Assembly (NCBI GenBank): GCA_965207885.1
Contig: OZ242311.1
Coordinates: 1,344,001-1,408,000 of the forward strand
Direction of reading: 5' to 3'
Source: Candidatus Latescibacterota bacterium
GTDB taxonomy: Bacteria > Latescibacterota > UBA2968
Length of the DNA: 64,000 nt
Shown piece after piece: positions 39,513 to 47,476 of the stretch (position 1 is its first letter; every line of letters begins with the position of its first letter). The notes under the pieces were generated by a model. It searched no databases. It was given only the letters and a program-made list of their open reading frames with translations, and was not told the origin of the DNA. A program made the translations under genes and the position numbers.

Positions 39513-42500
39513 ATGTTTGAAAACGGAACGATTCTCGACAACAAATACCAAATCCAAGCGCACCTGGGAACCGGGGGCATGGGCGAAGTCTATCGGGTGT
39601 TAGACCTGGAGCAAGGCCAGGAGTGCGCGCTCAAAATTTTGAATACCATGGTGGATCAGAAGGCTGTGTACCGCCGTTTTCACAGAGAATTTCAAGTATT
39701 GAACAGATTTCAGCACCCGCGCCTGGTGCGCACATACACCTGGGGCTTTGCCGAGGAGCGTCCCTATTTTACAATGGAATATTTGCCCGGAAAGACATTG
39801 GAAAAAATAATTGCCGATCGTACACATTCAGGGCAATTCCGGACGTCTCACTTTTTCGATTTGATACAACAAATTGCTGAAGGGTTGGCTTATATCCACG
39901 CGCAGGGTGCGGTGCACCGCGATCTCAAACCATCCAATATTATGGTTTTGAAAACAGAAAAGGGGATTGAGACCACGATCCTGGATATGGGACTGGCAAA
40001 ACTCAGGCATCTGCATAGCGTTTCCATTACGCAGACGGGCACAGCCATTGGCACGGCAGAATATATGTCGCCAGAGCAGGGTAAGGGCTTGTGGGTGGAC
40101 CATCGGTCAGATCTATACTCATTGGGCATAATTTTATACGAGATGCTCACGGGCGCACCGCCATTTTCTGGACAAAATCCAATATCCGTTATTATGAAGC
40201 ATATTCGAGAGTCACCGCCACCAATAGGTGAAGCCCATGTCGAGATTCCTACCCAGACGCAAGAAATTGTGCTGAGGTTGCTGGCAAAGGAACCTGTTGA
40301 TCGTTATCAGTCAGCAGAGGAATTGTTGCAGACCTTAAATGATGTGGCACCATTGAAGTTTGTGCTATCCGATGACGAGCAGCGCGATGTGCATAGAAAA
40401 GTGATGCGGCCGCAATTTATCGGGCGCGAATCCGAGATGAAGATGTTGCGCACGATGTTGCAGGATGTACAGGCTGGCGAGCAACGTGTGGTTCTGATCT
40501 CCGGTGAGTCTGGTGTGGGAAAAACGAGACTTATTGAGGAACTATTGGGCGATGCTTTGATCCATGATTTTCTGTGTTTGAAAGGGGCGAGCCAGGAAGA
40601 AGGTGGACAAATATACGGTGCGTTGATTGATGCTTTTCAAGGGAAGGTGGATTTGGTGGCAGAGTTACCCGACCCTGCAGAATCGGACAAGTTTTCTGTT
40701 ATGGAGCGTTGGTTGCAATTATTAAAACGTCTGCGACAGAAACAGCCCATTGTGTTGTGTTTGGAAGATATTCAATGGCTTGATGAATTGACCCTGGAAT
40801 TTTTGCAGTATGTATTGCGCGATCCAGAACCCTGCCCATTTTTGTTATACCTGACCTGTCGATGGTCTAACCTGGAACCCCTTCCAAAGGAAATTGAAAA
40901 ATTTATACACAGCAATGAACTTGCTAAGGCGACCCGGATCCAGTTGGAAAATCTACCCCGTGAAGAGGTGGGATATTTAGCGGCGTCCATGTTGGGTGAA
41001 ATATCCATACCACGAGATGCATTACAATCCCTATTCAGAGAAACAGGTGGACAACCCCTGTTTGTGGTGGAGGCTGTGAGGGCACTGGTGAGTGCCGATG
41101 TGGTTCGACAGAATGTGTCTGGCGATTGGCAGTGGGGAGAATTTCCAGAAACTTTGTTATCCAATGATTTTTCAGAGATTTTGTACAGACGTATAGCTAC
41201 TCTGCCTGCGGTACAACAGCGAGTGCTGGAATACGCGTGTGTTTTTCTGAGTGATTTTCCTTTTGAATTATTGGCTGCGGTTTGGCGCAGCGATGAGTTA
41301 GAATTGCTGGATGTACTGGACGAATTGATTGCAGAAGGGCTTTTGACAGCTTGTGGAGAGGATGAAGATCAATATCGATTTTCGCAGGAATTGTGTCGGC
41401 GGGCAATTTATGATCGCATGCAATATGTAAGACGGCGCCTATTACACCGAGAAATTGGCAATGCTTTGGAAAAGACGGAAGATGCAGAAGAACTGACGGA
41501 AGAATTGGCGGATCATTTTGCGGCGGCGGAAGAACGAGATAAAGCTATAAAATATATGCGCCTATCAGGCAAAAAAGCATTGGAAAAACACGCTTATCGC
41601 CAGGCAAGAATGCGGTTTGAGAGTGTCCGAAAGTGGACACCAGATGACGCTTTTGAATCACCTGCAGATACGATCATTTTTTTATGCGATTACGCAAACG
41701 TTTTACGTTGCTGTAGTCAGCACAATAGCGCACTGAAACTTTTAGACGAGGCAAAGGCGTTATTGCCTGCTGATCGCAAAGATTTAAAGGCGCGTATTTT
41801 AAATGACTTGGGTGAGATTCGTAGCGTAACTCATCATGGAGAAATTGCCGAAGAATATATGCTGAAGGCATTACAACTTTATCGTGAACTTGGTGATCTC
41901 GATGGGGAAATTCAGGCATTGGGAATTTTGGCTTATTTGTGCGACGTTTCTGGCCGGCACGAAGAAGCGATTGCATATATGCGTCGAGAAATAGAGAAAC
42001 GTCGTGTGCTGGAAGATCCGCAACAGAACACTTTTATACAAGGGCGGGAAGGTCAAGCTGCATTAATGGGATTTCGATTTGAGATAGCTAAGGGGTACTT
42101 GGAAACTGCTGTAAAGGCCTTTAAGCAACCTGGTCTGGAGCACCATCGCCTTTGGGCACTTAACTTGCTTCCAAGAGTGTATTTTTTTCTGGGTAATCTC
42201 AACCGGGCGGAAGCCATTTGCTATAAAGTCATTGGTGAGTGGCAGAAGCGAGGCGTTGTGTACTCGGAGGCAGTGAATCTTCTCTGGTTGGGAGAATTGG
42301 CACTGGAACGCGGTGATTTTGTCGAGGCATTGGAATATGCCGAGATCTCGATAGAGCGATTTTTGCAAACACCGCGAAAAGATTATGTCTATCGCGCTTA
42401 TGCGATTGCGGCAACGGCTACCGCGGGAATGGAAGATACAGAAGCAGCACTCGAATGGGGAGAAAAAGCCAGTGAAGGTGTACAGCAAACATCGAGCATG

Positions 42501-44333
42501 TACACGGGCATATTACCCTTGGTGCACTGCGGTATTGGTGTTGCTTTCGCCCAGGCAGGGCGGACTGCTGAGGCTGAAGAGGCTTTTAAGCAGGCGATTG
42601 AATGCCGGAGAGAATCCAAAGGCGATCACTGGGCGCGTGCATTGCTGATGGCAGGGGAGTTTTATCTCCAGCGCGATGATATGACAAGAGCTACGGAGTA
42701 TCTCGAAGCGGCAAAACAGGCGTTTGAAGAAATGGAAATGTCCTATTTTTTGGAGAAAACACAGGTGCTATTAAATCAATTATCTCACGACAAAGATGGC
42801 CGCGGCAATAATGTCGCACCCAGTTCTGAGATTTCAGTCGATACGTTGTCTGTTGATCGCTGGCGCTTGCTTTACGATGTGAGTCGGGAATTGACCACAG
42901 AGCGCGATGTCAAAGTGTTGTTGGATCGAACTTTGGGTAATTTACTGGCTGTTTATCCCGCAGAGCGAGTACTTATTGCAGTGAAAAATGAGACTCCAAA
43001 AAGCTTTGTGGTTGATGCAGTCCGTTACCACAATGTAGAAGCAGATGATGCGGAAGCACTGAGTCGGGGTATTATTCGTCGGGTTATTGAGACAAATGAA
43101 CCCATTTTGAGCGTTGATGCACAGGCAGACGACAGGCTAAATCAATATCAGAGCGTGATGGACTACAATATCCGGTCTGTATTGTGCGTATCCCTATTTC
43201 ATGTTAGCGAAGGTGTAATGGGTGCCCTGTATGTGGATCATCGCAGTATTGGCAACGCATTTTCTGAAGCAGATCAGACGTTTTTGCAGGCATTTGCGAA
43301 TCTGGTGGGGGTGGCACTGGTCAATGCGAAGATGTACGAACAATTAGAAGATAAAGCGCGATATTTGCAGCACCAAGTCGAAAGACGGTACCAGCTTGGC
43401 GATCTGGTCGGGCAAAGCGATGCGATGCAGACCATCTACTATCTTATCGAACGCGCTTCACAAAGTGATATACCCGTGCTTGTGCAAGGCGAAACAGGTA
43501 CGGGCAAAGAATTGGCTGCCCGTGCTATACACTACAATAGCAGACGCAAAGACCAGCCATTTTTGTCTCAAAATTGTGCTGCATTTTCGCCAGAGTTGTT
43601 GCAGAGCGAGTTGTTTGGGTACAAAAAAGGCGCATTTACAGGAGCGACTGAAGATCATAAGGGGATTTTTGAGGCGGCCAATGGGGGTACGGTTTTTTTA
43701 GATGAAATCGCCGATGCCTCGCCACAGTTGCAAAGGAGTTTGTTGCGGGTGTTACAAGAAGGAGAGGTGCGGCGTGTGGGAGAAACAGAGGATCGCGCAG
43801 TGGATGTACGCATTATTGCGGCGACCAATCAAGACTTAAAAAAAGAAGTAGAAAACAGATCCTTCCGTGAAGATTTGTATTACCGGTTGCATGTGATTCA
43901 GATCGATATGCCGCCTTTGCGAAAACGCATTGAAGATGTGCCATTATTGGCCGAACATCTGCTCACCCGAACAAAAGAAGAGTCAAACAAGTCGGTTGGA
44001 GGGCTGACAGTGGGTGCAATCAGGGCGCTCACAAGTTATGACTGGCCGGGCAATGTGCGCGAGTTGGAAAATAAGGTTCGACTTGCGGTTACATTGGCAG
44101 AAGAAGGTGGTGAAATCACGTCCGATTTGTTTTCAGAAGCTGTCGGTCACGCGGTGTCAGGTGCCTCTGTCGAATATCAAAAGCGTTTACGAGATCGTGT
44201 TCAGGAATATGAGAAACGGTTGATTATGGATGCGCTCGAGAAATGCGAGGGCAATATTACGCATACGGCTAAAGAACTGAGGATAACGCGTGCTGGCCTA
44301 CAAAAAAAGATCAATCGTTTGGGGTTGAAATAG
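39513..44333 (+). CDS. Hanks Ser/Thr kinase - AAA/STAND-like ATPase - TPR - GAF - sigma54 activator (bEBP) - Fis HTH fusion
   Basis: GTGGMGEV, HRDLKPSN, DMGLA, YMSPEQ; FIGRE..ISGESGVGKT, LEDIQW; helical repeats; GAF (IRSVLCVSL...GALYVD); GETGTGKE, ELFG..KGAFTGA, FLDEI, FREDLYYRL, WPGNVREL; C-terminal HTH. Confidence 0.92.
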   Translation: MFENGTILDNKYQIQAHLGTGGMGEVYRVLDLEQGQECALKILNTMVDQKAVYRRFHREFQVLNRFQHPRLVRTYTWGFAEERPYFTMEYLPGKTLEKIIADRTHSGQFRTSHFFDLIQQIAEGLAYIHAQGAVHRDLKPSNIMVLKTEKGIETTILDMGLAKLRHLHSVSITQTGTAIGTAEYMSPEQGKGLWVDHRSDLYSLGIILYEMLTGAPPFSGQNPISVIMKHIRESPPPIGEAHVEIPTQTQEIVLRLLAKEPVDRYQSAEELLQTLNDVAPLKFVLSDDEQRDVHRKVMRPQFIGRESEMKMLRTMLQDVQAGEQRVVLISGESGVGKTRLIEELLGDALIHDFLCLKGASQEEGGQIYGALIDAFQGKVDLVAELPDPAESDKFSVMERWLQLLKRLRQKQPIVLCLEDIQWLDELTLEFLQYVLRDPEPCPFLLYLTCRWSNLEPLPKEIEKFIHSNELAKATRIQLENLPREEVGYLAASMLGEISIPRDALQSLFRETGGQPLFVVEAVRALVSADVVRQNVSGDWQWGEFPETLLSNDFSEILYRRIATLPAVQQRVLEYACVFLSDFPFELLAAVWRSDELELLDVLDELIAEGLLTACGEDEDQYRFSQELCRRAIYDRMQYVRRRLLHREIGNALEKTEDAEELTEELADHFAAAEERDKAIKYMRLSGKKALEKHAYRQARMRFESVRKWTPDDAFESPADTIIFLCDYANVLRCCSQHNSALKLLDEAKALLPADRKDLKARILNDLGEIRSVTHHGEIAEEYMLKALQLYRELGDLDGEIQALGILAYLCDVSGRHEEAIAYMRREIEKRRVLEDPQQNTFIQGREGQAALMGFRFEIAKGYLETAVKAFKQPGLEHHRLWALNLLPRVYFFLGNLNRAEAICYKVIGEWQKRGVVYSEAVNLLWLGELALERGDFVEALEYAEISIERFLQTPRKDYVYRAYAIAATATAGMEDTEAALEWGEKASEGVQQTSSMYTGILPLVHCGIGVAFAQAGRTAEAEEAFKQAIECRRESKGDHWARALLMAGEFYLQRDDMTRATEYLEAAKQAFEEMEMSYFLEKTQVLLNQLSHDKDGRGNNVAPSSEISVDTLSVDRWRLLYDVSRELTTERDVKVLLDRTLGNLLAVYPAERVLIAVKNETPKSFVVDAVRYHNVEADDAEALSRGIIRRVIETNEPILSVDAQADDRLNQYQSVMDYNIRSVLCVSLFHVSEGVMGALYVDHRSIGNAFSEADQTFLQAFANLVGVALVNAKMYEQLEDKARYLQHQVERRYQLGDLVGQSDAMQTIYYLIERASQSDIPVLVQGETGTGKELAARAIHYNSRRKDQPFLSQNCAAFSPELLQSELFGYKKGAFTGATEDHKGIFEAANGGTVFLDEIADASPQLQRSLLRVLQEGEVRRVGETEDRAVDVRIIAATNQDLKKEVENRSFREDLYYRLHVIQIDMPPLRKRIEDVPLLAEHLLTRTKEESNKSVGGLTVGAIRALTSYDWPGNVRELENKVRLAVTLAEEGGEITSDLFSEAVGHAVSGASVEYQKRLRDRVQEYEKRLIMDALEKCEGNITHTAKELRITRAGLQKKINRLGLK

Positions 44334-44344
44334 ACGTTGAACAG

Positions 44345-44467
44345 GTGCATCCAACTGTATGCAGTAGTGCATCCAACTGTATGCACCTATCTATCCTTAT
44401 ATAATTCAAATAGTTATATTGATTTTCTTTAAATAAACGATTTAGAGGTGCATCCAATTGTATGCAC
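44345..44467. promoter_or_regulatory. Three palindromic upstream activator sites GTGCAT-N8-ATGCA(C/G)
   Basis: GTGCATCCAACTGTATGCAG (44345-44364), GTGCATCCAACTGTATGCAC (44367-44386), GTGCATCCAATTGTATGCAC (44448-44467); the first two are 22 bp apart. Confidence 0.8.
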
Positions 44468-44531
44468 TTTCGCCAGAATTTCCCAAATTTAGCATAAATG
44501 ATTTTTTAATTTTATCTCTTTGCTTTTCAAT

Positions 44532-44560
44532 CACTTGAGCACATTCAAGTGCTTTTTTTT
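44532..44560 (+). terminator. Terminator-like hairpin upstream of sigma54 promoter
   Basis: CACTTGA-GCACAT-TCAAGTG-C-TTTTTTTT. Confidence 0.5.
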
Positions 44561-44576
44561 GTGCTGAGACGATTTT

Positions 44577-44592
44577 GGGCACGGATCTTGCA
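44577..44592 (+). promoter_or_regulatory. Sigma54 (-24/-12) promoter
   Basis: GGGCACGGATCTTGCA compared with consensus TGGCACG-N4-TTGCW; GG (44578-9) and GC (44590-1) are separated by exactly 10 nt. Confidence 0.85.
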
Positions 44593-44647
44593 ATATGGAA
44601 AGGGCAAACAGTTATGGCGCAGGTTTTTTCCATTAAAGGAGGATAAC

Positions 44648-44827
44648 ATGACAACACGACGCAAGTTGACTTTGATTAATGGAGCAATAGATGCGAAAGG
44701 AGATATTCAAATATACCGATTCACGAATAGCCTTGAAATTGGGGGATGTCCATCTGGTTCGCCGGTTGTTCCTCCTGTCCCCTTTCCCGATGATGACGAT
44801 TGGGACGATTTTGAACAGGCTGAGTGA
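44648..44827 (+). CDS. Putative RiPP precursor peptide (59 aa, single Cys, Pro-rich/acidic core)
   Basis: AAGGAGG RBS, ATG 44648; MTTRRKLTLINGAIDAKGDIQIYRFTNSLEIGGCPSGSPVVPPVPFPDDDDWDDFEQAE; lies between the sigma54 promoter and the rSAM gene. Confidence 0.8.
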   Translation: MTTRRKLTLINGAIDAKGDIQIYRFTNSLEIGGCPSGSPVVPPVPFPDDDDWDDFEQAE

Positions 44828-44850
44828 TTTAATTTTAGGGAGTGTTTGAC

Positions 44851-46287
44851 ATGCTGTGCATTCAGAGATGCGAAATGCATCTTTTTCATACTGAAGAGCA
44901 AAAACAGCCGATTGTCTATCAGGTTGAGACTGGTCTGTTTTTTGCACTGGATACTCTTTTTCAGTCGATTTTAGAGTGCTGTGAGGGGATGTCTGCTTCA
45001 CAGGTTGTCCAGAGGTTGACCAATCAATACGAGGCAGAAGAAATTGTCGAGGCCATTGAGGAACTGTCTCAAGTGGGTTTGATTTCGGATGGTGCTTTGC
45101 CCCTAATATCCAATGTGCCGACGACAGAAGGGGTGGCAGCCTGTGGGGTTTCGCAGACAGATCGTTTGCAGGTGTCCTTGCACGTTTCGCATACGTGCAA
45201 TATTCAATGTGCGTATTGCTTTGCCCACGGTGGAGATTATGGCGGTAAGGCCATGCTGATGCAAATAGATGTTGCCGAGCAAGCCATACGCTGGATTGTC
45301 ACCGAGGCTCAGGTATTCGGACGGTGCCAGATTGATTTTTTTGGCGGAGAGCCGCTTCTGAATTTTCCATTGATGCAGGAGCTTGTTCCGTTTGCCAAAT
45401 CCCTATCAGCGCGATTGGGGGTGCAGGTTGGTTTTGGCATTGTGACCAATGGCACGTTGTTGACTGATGAGATGAGGCAATTTTTGGTTGATGAAAATTT
45501 TCAGATTAAGGTCAGCCTGGATGGGGGGCGTAAAACACAGGACCGCATTCGCAAGTTTCACAATGGTTCTGGGACTTATGATGTTGTGGCAAAGAATGTG
45601 GAGAAACTGACTGCTGAGGTGCCTGAGCGCGTGTATTTGCAGGCTGTTATGACAGCTTATGATATGGACGAGGATCAGATTGCCGATGCGTTGCGTTCTC
45701 TGGGTACTGAAAACGCGCTTGTTGGTCCGGCTGTTGTCTCTCCCGATGCGCCTTATGCGATTGGGGAAGAACACATACCCGTTTTGAAGGAACAAATTCA
45801 CAAGCGGAGTAGGCGTGCGCTCAAAGCTATTTTAAGCGGTGAAGAGAGTGAAGATAAAGAGTTTGATCCGCGGATTCAAAAACTTTTGACGCGCCAAAAA
45901 TCCTGTCATGGGTGTCTGGGTGGTAAGCAGTATCTGGCTATTGCAGCAGATGGGTCGATTTATTTTTGCTCGAGTTTGGCCGATGCGCCCGAGTTTAAGA
46001 TGGGTGATGTGTTTGCGGGTATTGATCGCGAAAAGCAGCAGCATTTTGACGCGCAGTTCAATGTGAATAATCGCCCTGAGTGCAAGACGTGCTGGGCGCG
46101 CAACTTATGTGGTGGCGGGTGTCTTTGGGAGGCGCGGACAACAACGGGTGACCCAATGTATCCAAATCCAGTTTCTTGTGAACAGACGCGTTATCGCTAT
46201 GAATTGGCGATGGAGATGTGTATGGAGATTGCAGAAGCGGATGCGTCTTTGTTACAGCGACGATATGATCTGGAAGTGGTATCATAA
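44851..46287 (+). CDS. Radical SAM/SPASM peptide maturase with N-terminal RRE (ranthipeptide CteB/PapB/QhpD-like)
   Basis: N-terminal PqqD-like segment (...EEIVEAIEELSQVGLI); CNIQCAYC; FFGGEPLLN; VTNGTLL; VSLDG; SPASM GCLGG...ADGSIYFC...CKTCWARNLCGGGC...C; ATG 44851 after AGGGAG (alternative GTG 44842). Confidence 0.9.
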   Translation: MLCIQRCEMHLFHTEEQKQPIVYQVETGLFFALDTLFQSILECCEGMSASQVVQRLTNQYEAEEIVEAIEELSQVGLISDGALPLISNVPTTEGVAACGVSQTDRLQVSLHVSHTCNIQCAYCFAHGGDYGGKAMLMQIDVAEQAIRWIVTEAQVFGRCQIDFFGGEPLLNFPLMQELVPFAKSLSARLGVQVGFGIVTNGTLLTDEMRQFLVDENFQIKVSLDGGRKTQDRIRKFHNGSGTYDVVAKNVEKLTAEVPERVYLQAVMTAYDMDEDQIADALRSLGTENALVGPAVVSPDAPYAIGEEHIPVLKEQIHKRSRRALKAILSGEESEDKEFDPRIQKLLTRQKSCHGCLGGKQYLAIAADGSIYFCSSLADAPEFKMGDVFAGIDREKQQHFDAQFNVNNRPECKTCWARNLCGGGCLWEARTTTGDPMYPNPVSCEQTRYRYELAMEMCMEIAEADASLLQRRYDLEVVS

Positions 46288-46404
46288 GCAAAGAAGTTCT
46301 GATGAAAAACTGGTATCCAATACGGCATCCAAATAGGGATTAACACTCTGTTAGATGCCATTTATTTTGTTTCTTTGGGTGGGAGTCTCGACAGATTGTT
46401 GGTG

Positions 46405-47397
46405 ATGGGAGAAATATATCAATCAAAAAAATCCGGCCTCAATAAATGGCCGCTCATTGGACAGCATTCCTCACTCTTAGACGTGCAAAAGCGCGCGTAC
46501 CGCGTGGCAAATAGCGAATTGCCCGTCAACATCAGTGGAGAAACTGGCACGGGTAAGGAATTGCTCGCCCGTTATGTTCACGGCATTAGCCACCGCAACA
46601 GGGGACCATTTGTAACCGTTGACTGCGGTCTGCTCTCTTCTGAAATGTCGCGCAGCGAGTTATTTGGACATGTTCGAGGTGCTTTTACTGGCGCCAGCCA
46701 AACGCGCATCGGACTGGTTGAATCTGCCCAAGGCGGTACGCTATTCCTCGATGAAGTAGGCGAATTGCCTGCCAACCTTCAGTTGCAATTGCTACGCCTG
46801 GTACAGGAACAGGAATTTCGTCGCGTAGGCGAAGCATCCATGCGCCGGTCCAACGTGCGCCTGATCACTGCGACACACTGTAACTTGAAAAAAATGGTGC
46901 GAAAAGGGACTTTCCGAGAAGATCTCTATTACCGCTTAACTGTCGTACCTCTACATTTGCCACCCTTGCGGAAGCGACTGAGCGACTTGCCTCTTTTAAT
47001 CACGCATTTTTGCAAAAGTATGAAAGAATACAATCGCGCATTTTCCCCCGAAGTAATTCAAAGGATGTCGCATTACGCCTGGCCCGGCAATGTTCGGGAA
47101 CTACAACACGAAGTCGCCCGATTGATGGTCATGAGCGAAGGTAAAATTATCCGCGTATCCGATCTGCACCCTCGCATTCGAGGATCCAAAGCCGAGGTCG
47201 ATGTATTTGACCTCCCGTTTAAAGAAGCCAGACAACTGGCGAACAGCCGGTTTATGCGGGAGTATCTCGACAGAGCCTTGAAGCGAACACAGGGCAATGT
47301 AACCCAGGCAGCGCAACAATGCGGGATTGGCCGACAGTATTTCCAATTGCGCATGTCTGAATACGGTCTAAAGTCGGCATCTTACAAACAGAAATAA
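46405..47397 (+). CDS. Stand-alone sigma54-dependent activator (AAA+ and Fis HTH, no sensory domain)
   Basis: GETGTGKE, ELFGHVRGAFTGA, FLDEVGE, FREDLYYRL, WPGNVREL, GNVTQAA; AAA domain begins within about 20 aa of the start. Confidence 0.88.
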   Translation: MGEIYQSKKSGLNKWPLIGQHSSLLDVQKRAYRVANSELPVNISGETGTGKELLARYVHGISHRNRGPFVTVDCGLLSSEMSRSELFGHVRGAFTGASQTRIGLVESAQGGTLFLDEVGELPANLQLQLLRLVQEQEFRRVGEASMRRSNVRLITATHCNLKKMVRKGTFREDLYYRLTVVPLHLPPLRKRLSDLPLLITHFCKSMKEYNRAFSPEVIQRMSHYAWPGNVRELQHEVARLMVMSEGKIIRVSDLHPRIRGSKAEVDVFDLPFKEARQLANSRFMREYLDRALKRTQGNVTQAAQQCGIGRQYFQLRMSEYGLKSASYKQK

Positions 47398-47476
47398 TAC
47401 CTCACGGTGTACTAAAAAAACGTCAATGGAAAAATCCATTGACGTTTTTCTTTGCAGGGTGTTTCTTGAGCGTATC

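Noticed and set aside
44345-44467. Three 20-bp repeats as a mini-CRISPR
   Set aside because: Spacing is 2 bp and 61 bp, there are no cas genes, and position plus palindromy fit bEBP UAS sites.
44851-46287. Anaerobic sulfatase maturase serving the sulfatases at 15-18 kb
   Set aside because: It has an N-terminal RRE-like extension and an adjacent precursor ORF, and lies more than 26 kb away; peptide maturase fits better, though not formally excluded.
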